Source: an uncultured Clostridia bacterium (GTDB lineage Bacteria; Bacillota; Clostridia; Oscillospirales; CAG-382). Taken from it: a stretch of DNA of 64,000 nucleotides. The notes under the pieces are model-generated. The model was not told where the DNA came from and searched no databases. It saw only the letters and a program-made list of their open reading frames with translations. The position numbers and the translations under genes were made by a program. The stretch covers positions 9,354 through 73,353 of the forward strand of contig CANRAV010000005.1 of assembly GCA_947628695.1 (NCBI GenBank), in the 5' to 3' direction. This document shows positions 1 to 8,977 of the stretch, in pieces (the first letter of the stretch is position 1; every line of letters starts with the position of its first letter).

Positions 1-10
1 AGCTATTCTC

Positions 11-90
11 CCAAAGGACACAGCACTTTAAAACACAACATGGCAGCGCAGGTTACGTCCCTGCGCTGCCTATCTTTTTTCGCACGCATA
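11..90 (+). repeat. Degenerate copy of intergenic repeat module B' (ccaaagg-cacagc hairpin remnant plus GGCAGCGCAGG...CCTGCGCTGCC hairpin and T-run)
   Basis: Similar to 5715-5790 and to the ccaaagggcacagccctttgg module elsewhere in the window. Confidence 0.6.
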
Positions 91-127
91 ACGCGCCCCT
101 TCTGTTGAACCGCGCCGCGAGTTTATC

Positions 128-410
128 CCGCGAGCTTCAGCGAGGGGCGGCGCAGCCCGCCCAAAAACGCGAGCGAAGCGAGCATATAATCAATAACGAA
201 TTTTCCGCAGACAGGTGCCGCGGAAAATTCTCCTTGGATTCCCGCGAGTGCCTACCCTTCACCCCCGCGGGGTGGGGGTAGGCGCGAGGCGCGAGCGAAC
301 GGGAATCTATAATGACTGAGGATAATTGAGAAAGCCGTGCTTTCTCAATTATCAACCTATTAGTAATAATGGGGGCACCCCCGAAAATCGTCAGATTTTT
401 GGGGGAATTA
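128..410 (-). repeat. Intergenic palindromic repeat module A, copy 1
   Basis: Near-identical to 6060-6340 and, inverted, to 45995-46240; a string of hairpins; abuts the proA stop codon. Confidence 0.9.
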
Positions 411-1646
411 CCTCGTCTGTCCGTTCCCTTCGACGATGTACTTGCTGGTGGTAAGCTCGTCCGGCCCCATGGGGCCGCGAGCGTGCAGCTTCTGCGTGGA
501 AATGCCTATCTCCGCGCCGAAGCCGTACTCCTCGCCGTCGGTAAAGCGCGTGGAAACGTTCACGTAAACCGCCGCCGCGTCCACCCCGGCGGTGAACTTC
601 TCCGCCGCCCGCGTGTCCGTAGTCACTATGCACTCGCTGTGCTTGGTGTTGTACTTGTTTATATGGGCTATCGCCTCGTCAACGCCGTCGACCACCTTGA
701 CGGACATGATATAGTCGTTGTACTCGGCGTAAAAATCCTCCTCCGTCGCCGCCTTTATCCCGGGCAGGATAGAGAGCGTCTCCGGGCAGCCGCGATACTC
801 CACATCGGGCATGCGTTCCTTCAACATCGGCAGGAAGTCTGCCGCAATATCGCGGTCGACAAGCAGGCTTTCCATCGCGTTGCAAACGGACGGGCGCTGT
901 GTTTTAGCGTTGTAAACAATTGAAGCGGCCATATCGAAGTTGGCGCTCTTCTCCACGTATACGTGGCAGTTGCCGGCGCCGGTCTCGATAACCGGGACGG
1001 TGGCGTTGTCAACCACGGCGCGTATAAGCCCCTTTCCGCCGCGAGGTATAAGCAGGTCGACGACGCCGTTCATCGTCATAAGGCGGGTGCTGCTTTCCCT
1101 TGTGGCGTCCTCCACTATCTGCACGCAGTCCCTGGGAAGCCCTGCCTCTGCAAGCGCGCGCTTTATGCTTGCCGCGATGGCTGCGGAGGACAGGACGGCC
1201 TCCTTCCCGCACCTGAGCACGCAGGCGTTGCCGGATTTTACGCATATCGCCGCCGCGTCCGCCGTCACGTTGGGGCGAGCCTCGTATATTATCGCTATAA
1301 GCCCTATGGGAACGCGCACCCTGCGTATGCGCATGCCGTTTGGCCTGTTCCACACTGTGCCGCCGCCGAGCGGGTCGGGCAGCGCGGTCACCTTGCGAAG
1401 GGACGCGGCCATCGCCCTTATCCGCTTTTCGTCAAGCATAAGCCTGTCAACAAGCGACTCTTTTATCCCCGCTTCCCTTGCGTTTTTTATATCCGCCGCG
1501 TTGGCGGAAAGTATGGCGTTTATATCCTCCTCCAAACAGTCCGCCATAAGGGCTATGGCGCGGTTGCGCACCTCCCCGCGGGATACGGACAGGGCTTCGA
1601 ACGCCCTTTTTGCCGCAAGGCATTTTTCCTTTAAAACATCGGTCAT
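408..1646 (-). CDS. proA: Gamma-glutamyl phosphate reductase (glutamate-5-semialdehyde dehydrogenase)
   Basis: Motifs IYEARPNVT, PRGG, CNAMESLLV, GAEIGISTQKLHARGPMG; follows proB; ATG at 1646. Confidence 0.97.
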   Translation of the reverse strand: MTDVLKEKCLAAKRAFEALSVSRGEVRNRAIALMADCLEEDINAILSANAADIKNAREAGIKESLVDRLMLDEKRIRAMAASLRKVTALPDPLGGGTVWNRPNGMRIRRVRVPIGLIAIIYEARPNVTADAAAICVKSGNACVLRCGKEAVLSSAAIAASIKRALAEAGLPRDCVQIVEDATRESSTRLMTMNGVVDLLIPRGGKGLIRAVVDNATVPVIETGAGNCHVYVEKSANFDMAASIVYNAKTQRPSVCNAMESLLVDRDIAADFLPMLKERMPDVEYRGCPETLSILPGIKAATEEDFYAEYNDYIMSVKVVDGVDEAIAHINKYNTKHSECIVTTDTRAAEKFTAGVDAAAVYVNVSTRFTDGEEYGFGAEIGISTQKLHARGPMGPDELTTSKYIVEGNGQTR

Positions 1647-1650
1647 GTGA

Positions 1651-2448
1651 TTACTCCTTTGCCGCGTCAAACAGCGTGCCGACAAAATCGCCTTCCGCTA
1701 TGTCGTAAAGTATGTCGGGATTAGCGCCGTTTGCTATGATCATAGGCACGCCGTTTTGCGTGCACATTTTTGCCGCCCTTATCTTCGCCGCCATGCCGCC
1801 CGTGCCGCGCTTTGTGCCTGCGCCGCCGGCCTTTGCCTCAAACTCCGGCGTTATCGCCGCGACGTAGGGGATAAGCGGAGCGCCCGGGTTCTTCTTCGGG
1901 TCCTCCTCGAAAAAGCCGTCTATATCCGAAAGGTTTATAAGCAGATCTGCGCCGCAAAGGGTCGCCACGGTTGCCGCAAGCGTGTCGTTCCCGCCGTACA
2001 TTATCTCCTCGGAGGAGACGGGGTCGTTCTCGTTTATAACCGGTATGCAGCCGTGCTCTATAAGCACCCTGAAGGTGTTTTCGGCGTGCTGCCTTCTGTG
2101 CGGAATGTCCGTGACGTCACGCGTAAGCAAAAGCTGCGCCACGGTGTGGCCGTACTCGCCGAAGAGGCGGCTGTACATGCCGATAAGCTCGCACTGGCCG
2201 ACGGCTGCCGCTGCCTGCTTCTGCTCTGTGGAAAGCTCGTCTCCGCCCATGCCGATCTTGCCGCTGCCGCAGCCGACCGCACCGGAGGACACAAGCACCA
2301 TCCGACGGCCGCTGTTCTGCAGGTCGGAGATGCATTTTACAAGCCTTTCCATGTGCCTTAGGTTTATAAAACCCGACGGATAGGTCAGCGTAGAGGTGCC
2401 GACCTTGACGACAATAAGCCTTGCTTCCCTGATTTTCGAAGTTTTCAT
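1651..2448 (-). CDS. proB: Glutamate 5-kinase (short form, no PUA domain)
   Basis: Motifs VVKVGTSTL, VSSGAV, AAVGQ, INEND, GTGGMAAKI. Confidence 0.96.
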   Translation of the reverse strand: MKTSKIREARLIVVKVGTSTLTYPSGFINLRHMERLVKCISDLQNSGRRMVLVSSGAVGCGSGKIGMGGDELSTEQKQAAAAVGQCELIGMYSRLFGEYGHTVAQLLLTRDVTDIPHRRQHAENTFRVLIEHGCIPVINENDPVSSEEIMYGGNDTLAATVATLCGADLLINLSDIDGFFEEDPKKNPGAPLIPYVAAITPEFEAKAGGAGTKRGTGGMAAKIRAAKMCTQNGVPMIIANGANPDILYDIAEGDFVGTLFDAAKE

Positions 2449-2552
2449 AAAAATTTTCCGCTTTTCTTTAAAATAATACTTTATCTTTTGCAAAGATTAT
2501 ACTATAATATACATGGATTTGTCAAATAAAATATTTGCGGGGAATTGTTTTG

Positions 2553-3113
2553 ATGAAGCACATTGTTCTTGCAAGCGCCTCGCCGCGCAGGCGGAAGCTT
2601 CTTGAGGATTTCGGTTTTGACTTTGAGTCTGTCGCAAGCCGCGCCGACGAAGGCGGGACGGAGGGGCTTCCCCCGGCGGAGGCAGTGAAGGAGCTGTCGC
2701 TTCGCAAGGCGCTTTGGGTTAAGGAGCGCCGGGAGGACGACGGCAGCGTCATCCTCGCTGCAGACACGCTTGTCTACCTCGGCTCTGCTCCCTTCGGCAA
2801 GCCGAAGGACGGGGAGGACGCCTTCCGCATGCTTTCCGCGCTGTCAGGCACCTGTCACGAGGTGTACACCGGCATAGCCATCCTCTGCGGCGATACGCGC
2901 ATTTCGCACGCGGAGTGCACAAGGGTTTTCTTCCGCCCGCTTGACAGCGAGGAGATACGCGCCTACATAAAGACGGGCGAGCCCATGGACAAGGCCGGTG
3001 CCTACGGCATACAGGAGCGCGGAGGCCTTTTCGTAAGCCGCATAGAGGGCGACTATTACAACGTGCTGGGGCTGCCCATCTGCAAAACCTACGAGCTTTT
3101 ACGCGGTCTTTAA
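2553..3113 (+). CDS. maf: Maf family nucleoside triphosphate pyrophosphatase
   Basis: Motifs LASASPRR, ADT, GKPKD, DKAGAYGIQ, NVLGLP. Confidence 0.95.
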   Translation: MKHIVLASASPRRRKLLEDFGFDFESVASRADEGGTEGLPPAEAVKELSLRKALWVKERREDDGSVILAADTLVYLGSAPFGKPKDGEDAFRMLSALSGTCHEVYTGIAILCGDTRISHAECTRVFFRPLDSEEIRAYIKTGEPMDKAGAYGIQERGGLFVSRIEGDYYNVLGLPICKTYELLRGL

Positions 3114-3148
3114 CCGCGTTGGCAATAAAAAACGAAAGGAAAAATATC

Positions 3149-5695
3149 ATGAGAAAAACCAAAGCTTTACTCAGCGCTGTGCTGGCTTTGCTTCTCGTGT
3201 GCACTTCGTTTACGGCTAATGCGCTGTACATGAAGGGCGATACGATAGCGAGCTATGCCATCAAGGAAAGCGAAGCGCACATTTTGGGCGACGGGCTTAC
3301 CTACAACGAGTTCACGTTTGACGACGCAACCGGCAAGGAGCAGGTCTGCTTCACCATGGAGTTTGACCCGAAGAAGAGCGACTTCCGCACCTACATATAC
3401 CACAAGACCGCAAGCGCCGGCTACACCATTGCCGACGACGCAGCTGCGGCATATGCGGAAGGGCTTGAGGTTTACGCGGCCGTAAACGGCGACTTCTTCT
3501 CTATGGAGTCGGATTCCTACGGCACGCCGATAGGCCTTTACGCGACGGAGGGCAAGCTTGTGGCTTCCTCCGCAGGACTCTCATATCCCAACCTCGTCAT
3601 CGGGCCCGACGGTGCTGCATCCGTTGTGGACAGCAAGCTTGTATACGCCGTGAACATCGACGGCAAGGATTACACCCAGCTTGCGGCAGTCAACAAGAAG
3701 GGCGTCAGGTCGGACAGCAATATTTACTATTACGACAGGGACCTCGGTGACACCACTCCCATAGGCACTTCCAGATTCCGCCAGATAGTCTGCGACATTA
3801 AAGACGGCGTCATCGGCGTCGGCAAGACCCTTACCGGCACCGTTGCCGAGATTAAGGAAGCAAGCATGGCAAACATCGGCGAGAACCAGTTCGTCCTCAG
3901 CGTAGGCGGCGACATTGACATCACCGGCGCAGATGTGGGCGACACCGTTACCGTAAAGGTAGAGGAATCCGTTGCAGCCTCCAGGGAGGCAATGAACGCA
4001 GCAGAGCACATCATCTCCTGCCGTTACGTCCTCGTTCGCGACGGCGTTGACCAGAAGGTTGTTGCCTCCGGCATGTCCGACATACTCGCCCAGCGCTGCG
4101 TATTCGGCATCAGGCCCGACGGCTCTATCGTTTACATGGTTTGCGACGGCAGGCGCAACACCGCAGGCGGCGCAAACGGCCTTACCTTTGAGCAGATTGT
4201 TGAGATAATGCTGGCATACGGCTGCAGTGACGTTGTCAACTTTGACGGCGGCGGTTCCACCGCGGTTATACTCAGCGAGGGCAACGGCCAGTTCAACTAC
4301 GAGTTCATCGGCGAAGGCGACGGCAGACGCGTTTCCAACTCCATACTCATAGTTCGCGACCCGGACGCGGATCCCCTCCCCGAGAAGGAATACAAGCCCT
4401 TCACTGAAGACCCGGAGAAGGAGCTTCGCAACGTCGCCCTCAACAAGCCCTACAAGGTGGCCTACAACGGCATAATGACGCCCAAGTACACCACCTCGCT
4501 TACCGGCGACGAGTACCTGTTCAAGATGACCGACGGCAGATACCGCACAAACGAAGACAACGCCAAGAGGTACGCGGTTGAATTCCTCGGCAGCAACTTC
4601 AACGAGACCTACGTTATAGACCTTGAGAAGGACAGGACCGACCTCCGCAATATCGTATTCAAAAACGTTCTCAGCACCGGTACCAACGGCTTCAAGGAAA
4701 ACAACGTAATCGTTTACGTCTCCGACGACGGCATGAACTGGAGCATGAGCGTAGACAACGAGGTCACCAAGGCAGAGGCCGCGCTTGACGGCGCTTACGA
4801 CTACACCTGCGCCTTCAAGGAGCCCGTTTCCGGCAGATACGTTAAGATCGTCATCGGCTCTCCCACCACAAGCATGAGCTTCGACGAGATCGAAGTAAAC
4901 GGCATGGTAAGCAAGGACGAGCCCGCAGAAGAGCTTAAGCCGGAGGATCCCTCCCTCTACCCCGCGGAAGAGCCTACGGAGGTGAACAGAAACGTTGCAG
5001 CCGGCAAGAGCTATCACATTCTCGACGACGGCGAAGAGATAGCCGGCTGGAAGGACACGGATGTCGAGCTTAGGTACTACAGCAAGCCCTGCGCAGACAC
5101 CGAACCGCCTAAGCTTACCGACGGCAAGGTCGGCACCAGCAGCGGCTATCAGGACGGACCCACCCTTGCATGGCGCTCCGGCACCGATTCGCTGGTTGAG
5201 ATAACGCTTGACCTTGAATACGTATACAGCGACCTGGAGTTTGTTCAGCTTCGGAACATAATAAACAACGGCGCAAGCTTCGGTCATACGACCACTGCGG
5301 ATATAAGCTACAGCACCGACGGCGAGAACTACACCGATGCCACCGGCAAGACTGCGCTTACTATGACGCCCGGAACCTTCTACTACAACCTGACCGTTCA
5401 GCTTGATCAGCCGTTCAGCGCGCGTTACGTCAAGGTGAGCTTCAAAACCACTAAGTTCCTCTTTGGGCTTGAAGAGCTGACTGTATGCACCTCCGCAACA
5501 GACGTGACCCTTGGCGACACAGACGGTGACGGCAATATCAACAGCCTCGACGCTGTAAAACTGCTTCAGTTTGACGCAGGCCTCGCCGAAGCCACCAACG
5601 AGGTGCTTTTGGCAGGCGACGTCAACTTCGACGGTAAGGTCGACAACCTCGACGCCGTGCAGATACTTAGCACCGACGCAGGCCTTGGCGAATAA
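3149..5695 (+). CDS. Secreted phosphodiester glycosidase (NAGPA-like) family protein with discoidin/CBM32-like modules and a C-terminal dockerin
   Basis: Signal peptide; AAVNGDFF, CDGR, NFDGGGST, RRVSNSILI; two NVAxxKxY...TDG modules; duplicated GDxDGDG Ca-binding dockerin repeats. Confidence 0.85.
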   Translation: MRKTKALLSAVLALLLVCTSFTANALYMKGDTIASYAIKESEAHILGDGLTYNEFTFDDATGKEQVCFTMEFDPKKSDFRTYIYHKTASAGYTIADDAAAAYAEGLEVYAAVNGDFFSMESDSYGTPIGLYATEGKLVASSAGLSYPNLVIGPDGAASVVDSKLVYAVNIDGKDYTQLAAVNKKGVRSDSNIYYYDRDLGDTTPIGTSRFRQIVCDIKDGVIGVGKTLTGTVAEIKEASMANIGENQFVLSVGGDIDITGADVGDTVTVKVEESVAASREAMNAAEHIISCRYVLVRDGVDQKVVASGMSDILAQRCVFGIRPDGSIVYMVCDGRRNTAGGANGLTFEQIVEIMLAYGCSDVVNFDGGGSTAVILSEGNGQFNYEFIGEGDGRRVSNSILIVRDPDADPLPEKEYKPFTEDPEKELRNVALNKPYKVAYNGIMTPKYTTSLTGDEYLFKMTDGRYRTNEDNAKRYAVEFLGSNFNETYVIDLEKDRTDLRNIVFKNVLSTGTNGFKENNVIVYVSDDGMNWSMSVDNEVTKAEAALDGAYDYTCAFKEPVSGRYVKIVIGSPTTSMSFDEIEVNGMVSKDEPAEELKPEDPSLYPAEEPTEVNRNVAAGKSYHILDDGEEIAGWKDTDVELRYYSKPCADTEPPKLTDGKVGTSSGYQDGPTLAWRSGTDSLVEITLDLEYVYSDLEFVQLRNIINNGASFGHTTTADISYSTDGENYTDATGKTALTMTPGTFYYNLTVQLDQPFSARYVKVSFKTTKFLFGLEELTVCTSATDVTLGDTDGDGNINSLDAVKLLQFDAGLAEATNEVLLAGDVNFDGKVDNLDAVQILSTDAGLGE

Positions 5696-5714
5696 GACTT
5701 CTTGTTTTTAGAAC

Positions 5715-5790
5715 CAAAGGCAGAATTCCTTTGGGAACCCAATCCGGCAGCGCAGGACACGTCCCTGTGCTGCCTCTCTTTTTTGCACGT
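5715..5790 (+). terminator. Repeat module B' with an intrinsic terminator-like hairpin
   Basis: ccaaagg-cagaatt-cctttgg, then ggcagcgcagg/cctgtgctgcc followed by a T-run, just after the stop at 5695. Confidence 0.6.
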
Positions 5791-5849
5791 TTTGGCGATT
5801 TTGCCCTTTTATTATTTTTTGGCCGAGCTTTTTTCGCTTTTATTATTTT

Positions 5850-6049
5850 GGCCGAGCCCCGGCTCGGCCTTGTTTTTATGAAGGGACTCGGTCCCTTCAT
5901 GGCTGTTTTGGGTTAGGCTTATAGAAAAACACAGCTTTTTAGACCCAAAGGGCACAGCCCTTTGGAAACCCAATTTGGCAGCGCAAGTCGCGCCTCCGCC
6001 GTGTAAAGGTCGATCACACGTATGAAGCCCTTCATCTATTGTACCGCGC
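5850..6049 (+). repeat. Intergenic palindromic repeat module B (full length)
   Basis: Hairpins ggccgagccccggctcggcc, atgaagggactcggtcccttcat and ccaaagggcacagccctttgg; homologous to 27377-27578 and 47136-47315. Confidence 0.9.
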
Positions 6050-6059
6050 AAATGCCTCC

Positions 6060-6380
6060 GACCGCGAGCAAAGCGGGAGGCGGCGCAGCCCGCCCAAAAA
6101 CGCGAGCGGAGCGAGCATATAATCAATAACGAATTTTCCGCGGACAGGTGCCGCGGAAAATTCTCCTTGGATTCCCGCGAGTGCCTACCCCTCACCCCCA
6201 CGGGGTGGGGGTAGGCGCGAGACGCGAGTGAACGGGAATCTATAATAAACCGAAGGCTCTTGGAAAAGCCGTGCTTTTCCAAGAGCCAACCTTTTAGCCT
6301 ATTTGGGGGTGCCCCGAAAATCGTCAGATTTTTGGGGGAAATAATTCGGGGTCCCCGAAAAGCCGTAAGGCTTTTTGGGG
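6060..6380 (-). repeat. Repeat module A, copy 2, plus small hairpin module C (6348-6380)
   Basis: Near-identical to 128-410; C module ggggtccccgaaaagccgtaaggctttttgggg abuts the mscL stop. Confidence 0.9.
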
Positions 6381-6872
6381 CTATTTCTTTAGCAAGTCTC
6401 TGATTTCGGAAAGAAGAGCGTTGTTCTTCTCCTCAACGGTGGGCTCCGGCGGGGTCTCGGGCGCTGCCTCTGCCTCCTCGTGCTGCTTTTTAAGCAGCTT
6501 CTCCGCAAGCTCTATACGCTTCTTGTTGAACACCATCGCGGCCTTGATTATAACGAACAAAACCAGCGCCACAAGCAGGAAATCGACCACGGCCTGCATA
6601 AACGAGCCCCAGTAAATAGCCGACTCTGCCGTCATTTCCCCGGTCGCTATGTCAAGCTCTGCCGGCTTAAGAACCGTCTTAAAGTCCGAAACCGACACTC
6701 CGCCAAGCAGGTATGTAATGCCCGGCATGATGATTTGGTCGGTCAGCGCCGTAACAATTGCCTTGAAGGAATTACCGATGATAACGCCGACTGCCATGTC
6801 GAAGATGTTGCCTCTTGAAATGAACTTCTTAAACTCGGTGAAAAAGCCTTTTTTTCCGTCTTTTTTTGACAT
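6381..6872 (-). CDS. mscL: Large-conductance mechanosensitive channel
   Basis: EFKKFISRGNIFDMAVGVIIG; C-terminal LLSEIRDLLKK. Confidence 0.96.
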   Translation of the reverse strand: MSKKDGKKGFFTEFKKFISRGNIFDMAVGVIIGNSFKAIVTALTDQIIMPGITYLLGGVSVSDFKTVLKPAELDIATGEMTAESAIYWGSFMQAVVDFLLVALVLFVIIKAAMVFNKKRIELAEKLLKKQHEEAEAAPETPPEPTVEEKNNALLSEIRDLLKK

Positions 6873-6874
6873 CC

Positions 6875-7621
6875 TCAGTCAAACCTCCTTAGTTTTTTGT
6901 TCCTTATATCAATCGCCCTGTCGGGGTAATTGGTTATAACAGCGTCGGCTTCCATCTCCACAAGCGCGCTTACCGTCTCCGCCGCGTTCGGCGTGTACGG
7001 GTGCACGCGCAGACCCGCGGCGTGCGCGGTGCGGATGTAGTCGGCGTCGGCAAGCACGCCTATATACGAGGGATGAAGCGCGCAGGCGGAAAGCCCCCTG
7101 CCAAGTGCCACAAACTCCTTCTCCTCGCCGTAAAGCGGGGCGACAAAGGCCGCAGGGCTTTTTTCCTTAAGCTCTTTTAAGTACTCGTGAACAAACGAGG
7201 AGTAGATGACCGAACCGACCGCGCCCGCGTCCGCCTCTATCTTAAGAACGGCGTCCACAATCTCCGGCCGCGTCTTCTTAAGCTCCACGTTCACGGTCAT
7301 TCCGCAGGGAATAAGCGCGCGGTAAACCTCCTCCAAAAGCGGTATCCTCTCGCCCTCAAAGCGCTTGCCGAAGGCGGCAGGATAGCCGAAGTCGAAGCCT
7401 AAAAGCTCTTCATAGGTCTTGTCCTCTATCGCCCCCTCGCCGTTTGATGTGCGCTTGATGTCGCCGTCGTGGCAGACAACCACCTTCCCGTCCGCCGTCA
7501 GGTGCACGTCAAGCTCCACTCCGTCGGCGCCCAAGCGCTTTGCAAGCAGGAACGCCGCCATTGTGTTTTCCGGCGCATATGCGGAAGCCCCCCTATGCGC
7601 CCATACTGCTGTGTACTGCAT
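6875..7621 (-). CDS. Glycerophosphodiester phosphodiesterase
   Basis: AHRGASAYAPENT, ELDVHLTADG..VVCHD, ITNYPD. Confidence 0.93.
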   Translation of the reverse strand: MQYTAVWAHRGASAYAPENTMAAFLLAKRLGADGVELDVHLTADGKVVVCHDGDIKRTSNGEGAIEDKTYEELLGFDFGYPAAFGKRFEGERIPLLEEVYRALIPCGMTVNVELKKTRPEIVDAVLKIEADAGAVGSVIYSSFVHEYLKELKEKSPAAFVAPLYGEEKEFVALGRGLSACALHPSYIGVLADADYIRTAHAAGLRVHPYTPNAAETVSALVEMEADAVITNYPDRAIDIRNKKLRRFD

Positions 7622-7642
7622 AACCGGTCTCCTTCCTTTATT

Positions 7643-8785
7643 TTAGGTAAATTCCCTATCTATTACTACAATAGTGTTGTATCCCGGGTTAAGCTGCTTA
7701 AAAGCGCTGTCAAGCGCCTTCATGATGTCGCCGTCAGAGGTCTTCACCTCGTAGGGCTTCGTCACGTCGAAAAGTATGTTCGTTCGCGCCTCGCCCCACA
7801 CAACGCGGAAGTCGTGCAGGGATAGCCTTTCGTCTATCGACGACAAAGCGTTTGCTGCATAGTCTTTAAGCGAATGCACAAACTCGTCCTCGGGGTGCAC
7901 AGGGTCCATGTGGAGAGTGGCGACGATGCCGAAGCGCTCGTAAATGCCCATCTCTATACTGTCTATCATCTCGTGGTTGGCGAACACGTCCCTCTCGCCG
8001 TCGACCTCCACGTGCAGTGACAGGAAGGCGCGCTTAGGCCCATACTGGTGTATGATAAGGTCGTGCGTGCCGAGTACGCCGTCCACGCCCTTCACATAGT
8101 CAAGCACTCCGGCAGACACCGAGGGATCCGGTTTTACGCCGATGATGCTGTCGACGCTTTCCTTTATGATGCCGATACCTGCCCTGGCGATAAACAGCGC
8201 TATGAGGATGCCCGCGTACCCGTCCAGATTGAAGCCTATGACGGGGCTTAAAAAGGCGCAGAGAAGCACGGCGGAGGTCGCCGCCACGTCGGACAGGCTG
8301 TCCAGCGCTGCCGCCTTCAGAAGACCGCTGTTTAAGGTTCTTGCAAAGCGGTTGTTCATAAGGAACATAAAGAACTTCACAAGCACCGAGGCGCCTATAA
8401 CCGCGCCGCTGACAACGCCGAGGCTTTTTATCTCCGGCGGGTGGACGATGTCCTTCACGGAGGACACGCCAAGCTCCCAGGCAAGCAGCAGCACGACAAA
8501 GGCCACTATCATGGAGGCGACGTACTCCACCCGCTCGTGACCGAAGGGGTGGTTCTTGTCGGCAGGCTTGCCGGACACGCGGAAGGACACAAGCGAAACG
8601 ACGGAGGAGAAGCAGTCCGTAAGGTTGTTGAACGCGTCGGCAGTGACGGAGACATAGCCCGTCACAAGGCCGACGGCAAGCTTCTCCCCGAAAAGCAGCA
8701 GGTTAAGCGCAGCGCCTGCTGCGCCGCAGCGCATGCCCGTCATTTCGCGCCGTCTCTCCAAATCCGCAGTGCTGCCCGTGGCCAT
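7643..8785 (-). CDS. Cation diffusion facilitator (CDF) family transporter
   Basis: ADAFNNLTD, PADKNHPFGHERVEY, LDSLSD, C-terminal HDLIIHQYGP/LHMDP. Confidence 0.93.
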   Translation of the reverse strand: MATGSTADLERRREMTGMRCGAAGAALNLLLFGEKLAVGLVTGYVSVTADAFNNLTDCFSSVVSLVSFRVSGKPADKNHPFGHERVEYVASMIVAFVVLLLAWELGVSSVKDIVHPPEIKSLGVVSGAVIGASVLVKFFMFLMNNRFARTLNSGLLKAAALDSLSDVAATSAVLLCAFLSPVIGFNLDGYAGILIALFIARAGIGIIKESVDSIIGVKPDPSVSAGVLDYVKGVDGVLGTHDLIIHQYGPKRAFLSLHVEVDGERDVFANHEMIDSIEMGIYERFGIVATLHMDPVHPEDEFVHSLKDYAANALSSIDERLSLHDFRVVWGEARTNILFDVTKPYEVKTSDGDIMKALDSAFKQLNPGYNTIVVIDREFT

Positions 8786-8791
8786 GACCCG

Positions 8792-8977
8792 TCAGCCGTT
8801 GAGCTTTGCAAGCAGTGCGTCCACATCCGCACCGTGTGCGGCGCAGGCCTGCTCTACCGTCTCGCTCCTGGAGCAGGGACAGCCGAGGCAGTGCATGCCT
8901 ATTTCGAAAAAGCACTCTGCAAGCTCCGGATTTGCGTCAAGTATTTCTCCTATAACCGAGTCCTTTGTAAATTTCAT
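8792..8977 (-). CDS. DUF1858 domain small Cys-rich protein
   Basis: GMHCLGCP.S..ET.EQAC..HG signature; start overlaps the upstream stop (ATGA). Confidence 0.9.
   Translation of the reverse strand: MKFTKDSVIGEILDANPELAECFFEIGMHCLGCPCSRSETVEQACAAHGADVDALLAKLNG

Noticed and set aside
137-355. Similar translated ORFs at 137-355, 5812-6282 and 45906-46298 (IIDSRSLA.RAYPHP.GV...)
   Set aside because: They are translations of repeat module A; starts, lengths and frame differ between copies, so they are not a protein family.
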